DNA from: Mesotaenium endlicherianum
Taxonomy: Eukaryota
Assembly: GCA_009602735.1 (NCBI GenBank)
Contig: WELA01001776.1
Location: 1 to 64,000, forward strand
Reading direction: 5' to 3'
Length of the DNA stretch: 64,000 nucleotides
Shown here: positions 24,977 through 38,262 of the stretch, piece by piece
How the letters are laid out: each line of letters begins with the position of its first letter
Numbering within the stretch: position 1 is the stretch's first letter
The notes under the pieces: model-generated
What the model was told of the DNA's origin: nothing
What the model saw: only the letters and a program-made list of their open reading frames with translations
Databases searched by the model: none
Made by a program: the position numbers and the translations under genes

Positions 24977-27900
24977 CTATTTAACTACACACTCTCTCAA
25001 ACCAAACATCTTTGCACACCACTGGTGCTTAGCTCTTGGGACTGCCTTTGTCAAGGAATCAGCCACCATCTTATCAGTCCTCACATACACAAAATTTACA
25101 CTGCCATCTAGCACACACACTCTACACTTATGATACTGAATTTCAATGTGCTTGCTCCTGGCATGCTCTACTGGGTTCTTGCCCAGTGCAATGCAGCTCT
25201 GACTATCACTCAAAATCACCGTGGGCCTTATTTGCTTGTAGCCAAGGTCCTTCAATAATCTTCTCAACCATAGAGACTTCCTGACCACCTGTGAAGCAGC
25301 CATGTACTCAGCCTCCATGGAGGACAATGCTACCACCTTCTGCCTCTTACTCTTCCAGGTACAACTCCCTTTGCAAGAGAGAAAGCATACCCTACAGTAA
25401 ACCTCCTGCTGTCCAGAGCACCACCCCAATCAGAATCACTACAACCCTCCAATTTCACACTCTCTGCTCCTCCCAAATGCAACCACAAATCAGGAGTGCC
25501 CCTCAGATATCTCAGGATCTCCTCTTCATCGCCTCCCAGTGAGCAGGACCTGGGTTCTCCATGAATTGACTCACTACTCCCACAGCATTAGCAATATCAG
25601 GCCTAGTGCAGACCATCAAATACATTATGCTACCAGCTACCTTCCTTATGGGCACCTGAGACATCATCTTCCATCCTCTCTCACCCTTGGCACACATACT
25701 CAAACTCATCCTATGCTTAGGACCAAGAGGCACACTGACAGGCTTGCACGTCTGCATATCAAACCTTTCCAAGAGTGTCTGCAGGTAAGCTGGTTGCCCA
25801 AGCATGATCATCCTCTTGGCCCTGTCTCACTTCACCTGTATGCCACGTACAAACTCCATCTCTCCAAGATCTTTCATATCATATGTGCTGCTCAGCACAT
25901 CCTTCACCTCCTGGATCTTCTCCACCTTCTTCCCAACTAGCAGCAGATCATCCACATACAGCACCAACATCACTCGGTCTTCTCCAACGCCCTTCACAAA
26001 GAGGCTGTTGTCTGCATTTGACCTCACAAATCCTTGCTCCAACAGGAAAGAGTCAATCTCCTGGTTTCACATCCTGGGAGTCTCCTTCAAGCCATGAAGA
26101 GACTTCTTCAGCTTACATACCTTCTTGGGGAACCTGGCCTCAACAAATGCTTCAGGCTGCTCCATGTACACTTCCTCCTCCAAGTCCCCATTCAGGAATG
26201 CAGTCTTCACATTCATCTGGTGCATCTCCATATCCTTTACAGCTGCGATCTGGGCCACCACTCTCACAGTAGCGATCTTGGCAACAGGGGCAAACGTCTC
26301 ATGATAGTCTTCTTCCTCTGTTTGTGAATACCCCTTGGCCAAATACCTTGCCTTTTACCTGTCCACAGATCCATCATCTTTTCTCTTCTCTCTGTAAATC
26401 CATCGGCCACCACAACCTTTTTGCCAGGTGGCAGATCCTTTAAGTCCCAGGTGTGATTCTTCTCCAATGACTGTATTTTCTCTGCTGAGGCCTTGCTCCA
26501 CTCCTCTGCTGCTTCTGTCTTCATGGCTTCCTCATAGGTTTTTGGCTCAGAGTCATCGACCATACAGGCAACCTCACACTCCATCTCATTTTATGCCAGC
26601 TCCTCCACGAGCTCCACATACTCGTCCACTCCAAACTTCACAGGCTTCACACTCTGTCTGGTGGAGCGTCTCCTTGCTGCATGGCCCTCTCCACTGGTTG
26701 AGGCCTCTGCACCAGATGCTGACTTGGAGCTTCTCCCAGCTCCCTTTGCTACAGCAGGGTCCTTGCTTGCTCTTCTCCTTGGTCTCCTTCTGGTTGCACT
26801 TCAAGGTCTCTCTCCGACGAACTCCACTTCACTGTCAAAGTCAGAGGCAGCTCCCTCTTGCTCAACACCCGTCTCCACTTCTGCCTGTCCTCCTGCAGCT
26901 GGCTGCTGCTCCTCAAGCTGTACCTGAGCTCCCTCTGGAGATGCAGCCAGTCCAGGCTGCACTCCCTCTGGCAATGCAGCCAGTCCAAGCTGCACTGCTA
27001 CCTTTTCTTCTAGATCTTTTGGAACATACCCCTCATATTGGTTGGAGTTCACAGGATCCATCACCCTCTCGTTGAAGACAACGTCCCGACTCACAACCAA
27101 TTCACCATTCCTGACATTTAAGAGCCGGTATCCCTTGCTCTTATCTGCATATCACCCAAACACACATCTCTCCGACTTTGGCTGCAGCTTGTTCCTCTTT
27201 TCAATGGGGATATGAGACCACACCTCAGAACCAAACACTCTGAGTTCCTGCACAGACAACTTTTTCCCGCTCCAAACTTCTTCTGGAATCTTCCCTCCAA
27301 GAGATAAGGATGGCAACCTGGTACTGACATATGCTGCTGTCTTCACTGCCTCATCCCACAGGCTCACATGCATGTCTGCAGCAAACAGCATAGTCCTTGC
27401 TGACTCAATTTGCGTCCTGTTCTTCCTCTCTATCACCCCATTTTGCTGGGGAGAGTAGGCCACCGTGTGTTGGTGCCTGATTCCCTCCTCCTTCAGGTAC
27501 TTTGGAAAGTATCCATTCACATACTCTCCTCCGTTGTCTGTCCTCAGGGTCTTGATCTTCCTCACACTCTGGTTCTCCACCACTACCTTGTACTCCAAGA
27601 ACTTCTCAAATGCTTGGTTCTTGTGCTTCATGAAGTACACCTCTGTCTTCCGGGAATAAACATCAATGAAGGTGATGTACATTTTATTCCCTGTTCTCCT
27701 GGCTGCTGTACTAGCAGGCCCTCACACGTCCAAATGGACCAACTCCAAGGGCTCTGTGGCCCTCTTCACCTCTCCTCCTCTTGGAAATGCGACTCTCGAC
27801 TGTTTTCCCATCTGGCACCCTCTGCAGTACTCCAAGCTCTGCCCACTGAAATCTGGTAGTCCTCCCCGCTTATCCTTTGACATCCTCTTCAACTTCTTCT

Positions 27901-30119
27901 CATTGATATGTTTCAGTCTCTGATGCAACAGGTTGATGTCTCCACTCTTCTTCTCTTCAACCTGGGCCACTCCTGCTGAGTCAACCGCTTTGGCCTCCAG
28001 GGCCTGCAGTCCACGCACCACCTCAGCTTCACACTTCAATTGGAACAAACTTCCCTTGACTGCTGCCTTATGTGCTTTCAGGACAACTTCTCTCTTTTCA
28101 ATAAAAACTAAGCAGACAGAACCTTCAAATACCACCTTGTCCCCAATGTAGTAGTCTTGGGCACAGAGAACAGATTCTTCACCAAGCCAGGGGTGTGCAA
28201 AACATCCTGCATTGTGAATTTCCACCGCTTTCTCCCAAACTTCGAATGCACGACTACCTTTCTTGTGCCAATCCCTTGCAGCAAATTTCCATCTCCCACT
28301 CTGGTAGGAACAGGCTCCCACAGCTTGTAGTCATGCAAGAGATCTCTCTGTGACGTGCAGTGCCTGGAGGCTTTTGAGTCTACATACCACCTGTTCCTAT
28401 CCTCCTCTTCAGCACATGTGTATGCTTCATCAACAGTGACAGCATGTGCATTCTCCTCCTAGGCACGAGAGGATGTACCTTCACTCTTCCTCTGTGGGCC
28501 ATTCCTGGCAATGTGGCCCTTCTCATCATATCTGTAACAGACAAAGTCTGTGCAGCTCGATGCCAAATGCCAGGCTTTCCACAGTGATAGCACGCCCTCA
28601 CTCCTCCCTTGCCTCTTCCTCCTTGATGGCCACCTCTGCTGGATGACCCTCCTCCTTCTCGACTTGTGCTGGCCAAATTCATCTCCTCTATTTGCAGAGC
28701 CAGATCTGCTACTACTGCTTTCTTCACTCTAACCATCTCCATTTCCTTTTCCGTGTTCAGCAGTCTGGTCTCCACCACTATCAGTGTCATGGCATTCACA
28801 TCTATGTTCAGCAGCACCTCCTTCGTCATATTCAACTCAGGTCTCAGTCCCATTAGCAATTGGATCAATTGGTCTCCCTCTCCTACCTCAGTGAAAGGGG
28901 CAGAGTGCCCTAGTGGAAGCGTAGGTACTTACGAGGAAAGAAACCAGTTGCAATCATACTAGAGAGTCCAGCGGCATATCACTAACAAAGCTTAGGAAAA
29001 ATACTCAACATTTTGAGTAGCAAGAAATTGCTCACAAATGAACTAGGATAAAAGACCTTGTCATTACAAACGCGTAGAAATTTACAGAAGTGAAAACTCA
29101 TAAGAGACAAAGAAGTTATGCCTATTTATAATTTTTTGCCTAAGTGCTCCTCTCTAGGAGGAAGCTACGGATTTTCCTAAGTGTTTGTCAAATCGTCCCT
29201 TCCAAAATGTTCGTGATTAAGCCAGATCAGTCTTATCTGACGTGTCGGGCCGAATTGACGTCCACATACATGCATCGACATTACTAGAATATTCTATCTT
29301 AGACGCGCTAGGCTAAACCGAAACTTCTAGGTAAGTCGACCTAGTCGGCACTCCGCATTTGCCGAACTTACGTGAAGGTTCGAGTTCATTCTAACGGGCC
29401 AGATCGCTGGACGCTGTCGGTCAATCCGACGGTCGCGCTCACCGCGAATTAAGGACAGTCGTCAACCGACCTCAAAACTAATTAAACTTCGGAAATCCAT
29501 AACTCTCTCAATACTTGACCAAATTCGATGAACTTTATATCAAAATGACCACAAAAATGCACTCTATACTACTATATAATCCTAACATACTTTCGTGAAA
29601 CTCAAAAATGCACTTTATAAACCTATGACCTTATTCTCAGCTTCAATAGCTTGCATTTTTTGACTTAACTTCAGCATGCGGGAGAAGTACCCCTGTATGC
29701 CTTCTCCATCTTCCATCGCAAACTGATTGAACTGCCTCTTGTAAATTGGCTTGCTGGCTGTGCCGACTGACTGATGAAATGTCTTCAATGCATCCCACAC
29801 TCCTCTACCGGTTGTCAGTCTGCACACTCTAAGCAGAGGCTCCGTCCCTAAGCTCTTGATCAGGTTGGAGAAGGCATGTGCCTCCTTTCTCTTCCACTTC
29901 GCGTGCTCCTTCTCTCTAGTCGTCACATTTGCTGCTGATGCTCCTGCTGCCAACTCTACAGGCAACGTATCTGTCCCGAGAACAAAGTCCTTCAACTCTT
30001 ACCGTGCTAACTGCGCCCATACACTTCATTGACCACACAAAGTACTCTGTACTCTTCCCATCAAAGTGCGGCATTCTCGAATCGCCTGCTTCGATACCAT
30101 GTAAATCCTCTTCTTCCAT
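24977..30119 (-). pseudogene. Copia gag-pol (multiple frameshifts, split by a solo LTR)
   Basis: CYHCGKPG knuckle; LRTDNGGEY and QQNGVIERKNRT (INT); MNVKTAFLNG and LYVDDLL (RT); SSMEAEY and SKHIEIQYH (RH). Confidence 0.92.
28892..29635 (-). repeat. Family-A solo LTR inside Copia gag
   Basis: Matches the A1 LTRs; TSD CTCAG (28887-28891/29636-29640); no PBS or PPT. Confidence 0.93.
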
Positions 30120-30570
30120 CTAATCTTATTACCGCACTTTCTTAACTGGTCACACAGACAACTTCTTCTCTCTTCAAGTCACACAGACTTAGCTGGTTAC
30201 ACAGACAGCTTCCTTTAGTCACACAGACAAGGTCACACAGACCTGTAGCAGATCAAGCACTTAGCATAGATCTTGCACACACACTTTCCTCGGAGGCTTT
30301 TCTTCTTTCTTACATTCAAGAGTTCACCATACATCTTCTTTCACAGCGCCTATATTCACTTGGCGGCTGCTCACCCACCTCACACTCATCGACACTTCAA
30401 ACCTAATGTCCCACTACCCTACACTTCTACACAATCAACACAATGTCAACACATCGACGGTCCACCCACTTTGACTATAATACAAGTCTACTCTATGCAT
30501 CGACAAACACACATGCAAGCCCACCAAATCAACACAAGTAAATAGTCAGGAGTGCCTATTTACAACAATA

Positions 30571-31266
30571 TTTATGCGTCAATGGGAAAGCCTCCGTTTA
30601 AACTCAGTCTAGATAGAGTCTCTAGGTCTCCCTTAGATGTCCTACGGCAGTCATCAGCTCACTCCAAGGGGATTGACAATCCAGTCTCCCTTCAGTTGAC
30701 TCAGAATTTTGTTGACACTCTATCAGAAGTTCAACACAATCTGTACAAAGTACAAAAAAACTAACAAAAATATGCCAATCAACACCGTCGGGACATGACA
30801 TTTTGTAAGGAGGACTTGGTTAAATTGCATTCTTAGCATCTGTACCTTCCTGGGGTCATCAAGAATAAAGCTTGGGCGAGTCTGGGTCGGTCCATATTTG
30901 CTGATACGCCGAGTCGGTCAGGTTGCTTACAAACTGAACATGTCAGCAAAATTCAAGGGTCACCTAGTCTTTAATGTCTCAATCCTGGAACTATACATTA
31001 AGGGCAACACACTGTTCACAGGTCGGTAACCTGTCCGACCAGGTACGATTCCCGCCGTCCAAGATGGTGACCCTGAGGAATATGAGGTGGATGAGATTCT
31101 AAAAGCTCGATCTGTCTGTTGATCATCTAAATATGTCATAAAGTATCTGGTCCAATGGAAGGATTATGATGCATCTTGGGACATCTGGGTATTTGAAGAC
31201 CATATGGTCAATGCCAAAGGGGCGTTGAAGCGTTTCTATCTTCGAGAAGCTGGGACATCACCCTAA
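30571..31266 (+). pseudogene. pol: D1 pol 3' remnant (integrase C-terminus plus chromodomain)
   Basis: Homologous to ~56440-57129 ([12 protein letters not shown]...[11 protein letters not shown]...WKDY) with stops. Confidence 0.88.
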
Positions 31267-31638
31267 CTGTCATTTCAACTGACACGGAAAGGTGACAGGA
31301 GGTTCTGCCTCCAGGTAAGTTGGAGGGGAAAGTGACAGAAAGTGACAGGTAATGACAGGCAGCCCACTTAAACATTAAGTTGAAGGGAGTGTGACAGATA
31401 CTTGCCAAGCACAACTAGCATTTTACACAAGCGTTCTGCACACTCAACTGCCTTCACAACTCACTCACCATTTTGCATCGCTACTTTCTTTCCACCTTTG
31501 GTCCTTACTCAGGTAAACCTTCGGTATATGTTGTCTTTGTAAGTGGGATAATGTTTATTATTGCTCTTACTCCTTACTATACTCATTGCACAGATGCTTG
31601 GGACTATACTAATGCACATGTGTGTGTGTGTCAGCAGG

Positions 31639-33263
31639 ATGCCTACCAACCAAAAACAAGACAGGAAGCGCAAGGCCGAACTGGCTCAGAAGGAGTTGGA
31701 ACGCCATTCGCAAGAGATCACCCAGACGTCCCTTTTGCAAAGAGAGGAAGAGCGAGCTCAACAACAAGGCTGAGGAGGCCAGATTGAGGAAAGAACAGGA
31801 GGATGTTGCTGAAGCAGAAAGACTCAAGAAAGTGGAGGAAACAAGGTTGAGGAAGGCTGAGGAGGCCAAGAAGCAAGAGTGGGCCATTTACAGGTACACT
31901 GTGATAAGCCAGAACTTTGATAATCTTAGGGTAGCTTTGCTGGTTGCTCAAGAGATCAACAGGGACACTCACCAAAAATTACTCGAGAAGGAAGGGAAGG
32001 AGCCCCGGACAAGTATATAGAAACTGGCACCGATTTACGAAGATTATGCAAACATGGTGGGATACACAGAGGATGAGGCAGCAAACCTGGCCCTTGATGG
32101 AGAGTTTACACCAGTTTTGGTGCCTTGCATAGTGGGCTGCCACAGGGTCATCAGGATGGTGGCCATGGAACCAGACAGCTTCAAGGATGTCAAGCACTAT
32201 CATATGCTGATTCTTTTCTACAATGAGGTGGAGAGAAGAAGCACGGAGTCCTTGGCCTGGGAGACAGGCCTACAGATGTTTGCCCCCCACTGGTTTCCTT
32301 GCACACTGACCAAGGCCAATCATGGACAGGAGTACTACCAACATCCCACCACAGACAGGAGATGGATGACCATCATCAATGAGAAGCAGAAGTGCAAGCC
32401 AGCCCTACCTGACGATTTCCATTATGATATGGATGGATTTCTCATTCTGCCGTCTCATATTGTCCCTTGGGATCCCAGGCTCAATGACTGCCTCTCGAAC
32501 ATGAGCCGCTAAGAAGTACAGGAAGCAGGGGCGGGACTATTTCTCTAAGGAGAAGCACGCCTTTGACATATGGACAAAGCATGAAGGGCAAATAGAGCTT
32601 AGCAGGCTCAGGGTCCAGCAACCCCTAAGGAGGTCTAAAAGGGGGCAATCAGTTGACTACTCCAGGATTGCAAGGGAGATGGATGTCATGGCTGATGCTA
32701 CCCCAACCCTCTACAAGGAAAAAAGTGAGGGGGAGGAGGAACAGGAACAGGTAGTGGGAGAAGCATTCTCTTCGGGAAGAGCACAAGAGGCAGTTGAGAA
32801 GGTACCGTCTCCAGGAAGACGAGGCGTATGGGTGGTGACTTCAACTGTGGAGCCTATTTCACCTCCGCACAGGCCATCCAATCCCCTGTTACAAGTGTCT
32901 GAAAAGGAGGAGCTTACTGTCTTGGACAGCAGACCTACAAGAAGGTCTCTTGATGAGAGAACGGCTAGGAGGGTGGCCAGAGGAGTGGCCAGAGGAGTGG
33001 CAGCAACTTCCTCCAACCATGGCAATGTCCCTCTTGCCAATGTGTTTCTCCATCCTATGGGACTCCCAGTCTATGTAAGTGTCAGCACATAGGTTGCTGA
33101 GGAAAGGGCTGGAGTTTAGTTGCAGTCTCCCAAGGGGTCCTTCCTTAGAGAAAGCAGGGGTATTTAGGAGACCACCAAACAGAAGTAGAGGACGGTTTAT
33201 AGAATCCGAGTCCAGGTCTACGTATCAGTCTCTTGATCCCAGAGCCCCAGGAGCATCTCTTAA
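31639..33263 (+). pseudogene. Family-D accessory ORF, copy 1 (frameshifted)
   Basis: YRYTVISQNFDNL, MVGYT, DSFKD, YNEVERRS, HWFPC, RWMT, PWDPRLN and GNVPLANVFLHPMGLPVYV are colinear with 57397-59073. Confidence 0.88.
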
Positions 33264-33495
33264 TAAATGTAAACCATCCTTCAGTCAACCTCGCTGGGGG
33301 TCTCTCTGTGTGCATTCCACAGTGGCAGTGGGCTGAGGTTGGAGGTGACAACTTGCTGCTACTAGTGATCCCCACAGTTAGGCAACAGTGTTGAAGCAAG
33401 AGGCAGTGGTAGGGAGATCAGTACTGTCAGCTGGATGGACACCTGGTATTCATAGTTAGTGTTGTCGAGACGACAACAAGTTAAGTTGGAGGGAT

Positions 33496-34210
33496 TGTTA
33501 TGAATCAGCATGTTGCTGGATATGATATTCATCTAAATATAATAGCTGGTTGAGTTTAGTCTGCTGAGCTTTAGTTAATAATAGTCTGCTGGACTTTTAG
33601 TTACATTCAGTATAATGACTCAGCCCAGGGCAGCAGGCTGAAGTCAACTTTGGTCAGCTTATTGTTACATTCTTTGACAGTCAGTTGACTGCCGTACGCG
33701 GTATCAGTAAAATGCCTAGATATGCATCCAAATGTGATATGCTAGATAAATGGCTAGAGGACACCCTTGGGTGGATGGCGATTTGGGATGATAGGAGATG
33801 GCCGTACATTTGGCTAGCCGAGGTCTTACCGACGTGGTTAACTCCGGGCAGGCGGTGTCATCGCACTTGTCGTTGAACAAGTAAACTCATTCAATATACA
33901 TAGATTAGGTCACGCTCTCGAGCTCGGCATTCGAAAACGAGGTCAACTCTCTTGTACAGCTTAGTAAGAGATATTTGAATCCAAGGCGAGAAGCCATTGA
34001 TGCAAATTGTCTTCTAACCTTACTTATGTATGAGTTTATTTATTGCATGATTGATGCTCGTTTACTTGCATTTGACGCGTGAGTATTGTGATATTAGTTG
34101 TGGAGTCCTTTTCTGTGTATTGAGTAACCAGAAATGCCAGAAAGATTACTTGTTGATATGAAGATCTTTTATTAAGTGGTAATTTTCTATTGGTAAGTTG
34201 ATTCATTTCA
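33496..34210 (+). repeat. D1 3' LTR
   Basis: TGTTATGAATCAG...ATTCATTTCA, preceded by PPT aagttggagggat. Confidence 0.92.
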
Positions 34211-35156
34211 CTGCACTAAAATCTGTTGGCCAGGATTTATCGTAGCGGACGCCAAAATTAATAGCGTGTGCCGCTAAGAAGGAGCCTCCTACATAGGGAA
34301 GAAAACCAGCACGGTTGAGCAAACTAAGGAAGGTAGCTCGTGAAGGGAATGCGCCATTCAAGTGTATGCTAATGCGCTATCTGAAGCAGCGAGGTCAAGC
34401 ACGCAGAGAAGGAGTTCCAACTTGAACCACTGCTCCCCCACCAACCCCCATCAAAGAGATTTTTGAGAAAGAGGGAGAAGCACGTCTCATATGCAGAGCT
34501 GCTGCAATGGAAATTAACATTTCCATGGTCACACCCTTCACCACAAGAACGTGGGCCAGAGCAAAACCTGCCCCTAGATTACCAACAGCTTCAGAACAGG
34601 AGCTCGTTGACCTGAGAAGGACAGTGCAGCGCCTGGTAGAGGAGAATGCGGTGCGCAACAGGATGGCAGACCTGCAAGATCGGCGTTTTGTTTCACGTGG
34701 CTGGACAGTCACACCCCCTCTTGGAGAAGATCCTAAAGTGACAGTGGATCGTATAACCACGTTGGAGCGACAATGGGGATGGACAATTGATCCAAGCACA
34801 ACAACTTCCAACACGGTTGGGTGGCCAGCAGCCAACACGCACCCACGACCTGATGAAGGCGGAATGAGCACCTGTTGGACCAAAGAAGATGAGGAGCAAT
34901 TCCTGCAACGACCAGTCAAGAGGCGCTTGAAATACACTTCCCAGCAGGAGAAGCGTAGACCACAAGGGAAAGGCAAGTGGTCAAAGGGAAAGGCCACAGA
35001 GCCCAAGTCTCAACAGAATAAGGCTGAGAAGCGTGTCACTCCACCGCCGAGCAGTCAGGCTGAACAGCCAAAGAGAAAGATGAGGGTGAGAAACCCTCGT
35101 CTGAACCCAAGGAGTAGCAATTACTGGATGCCTTTGCTGGAAAGAAGCAGCCTAAA

Positions 35157-37520
35157 GTGGAAGCTTTTGCCGTTCGAAAAATGGTCTCATCACAGCAAAG
35201 AACACAAGTGGGAAGGCTGTTGAAGAAACATCCCAAGGTGTTTGCTTTTACTAAGGAGAAGATTGGCGAAACCACTGCCAATATGTATGAAATCACACTA
35301 ATTACTGAAAATTCAGTCATTCTTGGGTCACATAAGCTCTGTTAGACAGAATGGGACTGTGTGGAGAAGACTTGCCAGGAGCTGCATAAGCTCGGCATGA
35401 TTGAAAAATTACCCTTAGTACATGGGACTCCCACAGTAGTAGTCGCAAAGAAGGATGAGGCTGGCAATTACACTGCCACCCGTATGTGTGGTGGTTACCA
35501 AAGATTGACTCTTCACACAGAGCCAAACAGCTATGTGATGCCTACGCCAGAGGAATCTTCTCTATCGCCACCACCCGGAAGATGTTCAGCATTATTGATC
35601 TGCGGCAAGGATTCGACGAGATTCTTGTGAAAACGGAGGATCAGGGTAAGACTGCTTTCTGGACTCAAAAAGAATTATGGCAATGGACAGTATTGTCATT
35701 TAGGCTAAAAAATGCCCCTCCCATTTTTCAAATGACTATGGATAAGGTGCTAGAGGGGCTAGACTTTGTAAAGCCATGCGTTGATAATGTGGTGGTGTTT
35801 AGTGAGTCAGTAGAACAACATCTTGGACACTTGAAATAATGTTTTGCTCTTGGAGAAATTCCGAATGACACTGCCACCTAGAAAGTGCAGGTTTTTCGGG
35901 GCACATGTGCCCTATCTAGAACATGAGAATGGAAACAGTGCCATGTCCCCTCAGGCTGTAAAGATTGAGGCCATTTAAAAGAGACCTGCACCTGCAAATT
36001 TGTCTAAGCTAAGAGCTTTTTTAGGGTCGAGTGAATACTATCGTAAATTTGTGAAAGATTATTGCAAAATTGCTAAGCCCTTGACAGAACTTCTGAAAAA
36101 GAATGTACTCTTTGTGTGCACAGAAACTCAAGTGAAGGTCATGAACGAACTAAAAGAGAGGTTGGTAACAGCCCTTGTCTTGCGCACGCCAGATTATTCC
36201 AAGCCGTTCAACCTGCACACATATTGGAGTCGTGTGGGGATTGGAACAGTGCTCATCCAGGCCAAAAGTCCTAGGGAGGAGTAAGTCATTGCCTACGCTT
36301 CTCGCTCGAACAACTGAGAAGAGAGCAACTACTCATCCTACGAAGGAGAACTACTGGCAGTGGTTTGGGCCGTCGCACATTTCAGAGAGTACCATTCATG
36401 TTGACCACCGATTACTCGCCATTAATTTGGTTGATGAAAAACAGAGACCTCACTGGTAAGTTAGCTCGCTGGCCTCTCAAGCTGCAAGAGTACCAAATGA
36501 CGGTGGTGCTCCGAGCAGGTGTACTAAACAACGACGCCGATATGCTCAGTAGGAGTCCTAATCCATCTTTTGACAACTGAATAGGAGCTCGTGAGGACGA
36601 AGACGCGAACAGCCCAGCAGAGTTGGCCGCCTGTGTAGCCGAGATGGCTGGTATGGCAGAGTCAGGTCAAGCCGAGCTCCCATCCTTGTTCAGTCCAGAG
36701 ATCTGGAAGGATCAAGCCACTATGCACTGGCTGAAGACAGGAGTCCACCTAGAGGGACTATTTCTGAAAAAGAGACCAGGTGAGCCATCGCGCTAAGAGA
36801 TTTTCCTGGAAACGCAACAACCTCCTTAAAATTGAAGAGAGTGGTCAGGAAAAACTAGAACCTGCCAAAAGGTGATCTCTTGTGCGGGAAATGCATGAAA
36901 ATACTGGATACAATGGTGTCAAAAAGACTTACAATCTTTTGGAGCTGTCTTTCTGGTGGAGGGGCATGAAGCAGCAGTGTGAGGACATGGTCAAGGCCTG
37001 CAAAAGCTGCGACCGCGTCAAGGCTGGATTTACCCAGCAACAGCCGCAATTGCAACCTCTGCCGATCATGGGCCAAGGCTATCGCTGGACCTGCGACCTC
37101 GTAGGTGAGCTACCGCTGTCAAAGCGAGGTAACAAGTACACTATGGTCATGATCGAGTATTTTTCTAAGTGGATAGAGGTTGTACCCCTCACTGCTAAGA
37201 GAAGTCTGGGGACGGCGGAAGCTCTCCTTAGCAATGTTATTGTGCGTCATGGAGCTCCAGCAGAAGTGCTGACAGACCAAGGGTATGAGTTCCAAGGATC
37301 TTTTAGAAAACTCCTGGATAAATGCTTCATGAGTCATTGCACAACTTCTAGAGATCATCCTCAAGCGGACGGTCTAGAAGAAAGGATGGTGCAAATTAGC
37401 AAATCAGCTCTACGGAAGTAGTGCCTGGAGCATGACAAGCGAGAGATTGGGACTTGGCACTGCATGGTTGGTAATGGGCTACAGGTTCAGCAAGCAGGCT
37501 GCTTTAGCAAACTACTCGCC
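35157..37520 (+). pseudogene. pol: Element B RT, RNase H and integrase N-terminal half (decayed)
   Basis: FSIIDLRQGF, KTAFWT, LKNAPPIFQ, CVDNVVVF (RT); LRAFLG, TDYSPL, DADMLSR (RH); H...CKSC, TCDLVG, LTDQG, ADGLEERMV (INT). Confidence 0.9.
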
Positions 37521-38262
37521 TGAAAGGGGCAGAGTGCCCTAGTGGAAGCGTAGTGACTCACGAGGAAAAGAACTAGTTGCAATCATACTAAAGAGTGCAG
37601 CGGCATATTGCTAAGAAAGCTTAGGAAAATTACTCCACATTTTGAGTAGCAAGAAACTGCTCACAAATGATGTAGGATAGAAGGCCTTGTCATTACAAAC
37701 CCGTAGAAATTTACAGAAGTGAAAATTGATAAGAAATGAAGTAGTTATGTCTATTTATAGTGTTCTACGACGGCCGCTCGCCCCTAGGCGAGAGGGCCGC
37801 TTAGCAACAAATTTTCCTAAGTCTTTGTCAAATCGTCCCCTCCGGAATATTCGTGAGAAAGCCAGATCAGTCTCATCTGACGTGTCGGGCTGATTTGACG
37901 TCCACATGCATGCATCGAAATATCTAGAATATACTAACTTAGACGCGCTAGGCTAATCCGAAACTTGTAGGTAAATTGACCTAGTCGGCACTCCGCGTCA
38001 GCAAAACTTACGTGAAGGTTCGAATTCACTCTAACGGCCCAGATCGCTCGACGCTATCGGTCAATCCGACGGTCGCGCTCACCGCGAATTAAGGACAGTC
38101 GTCAACCGACCTCAAAACTAATTAAACTTTGGAAATCCATCTCTCTCTCAATACTTGACCAAATTCGATGAACTTTATATCAAAATGATCACTAAAATGC
38201 ACTCTAGACTTCTATAAAGTCAAAACATACTTTCATAAAACTCAAAAATGCATTTTATAAAC

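Larger units (their letters stand above)
24781..30567 (-). mobile_element. Ty1/Copia element, decayed
   Basis: 5' LTR 30244-30567 (TGTTGTAAA...GCTACA); 3' LTR remnant 24781-24957 cut by the C LTR; PPT 24958-24968; domain order Gag-PR-INT-RT-RH. Confidence 0.92.
21232..34210 (+). mobile_element. Family-D chromovirus copy D1, internally deleted and rearranged, with nested elements
   Basis: 5' LTR from 21232 (truncated at 21833), 3' LTR 33496-34210, flanks CTGGA/CTGCA (TSD with one mismatch); keeps the pol 3' end and the accessory ORF. Confidence 0.8.
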
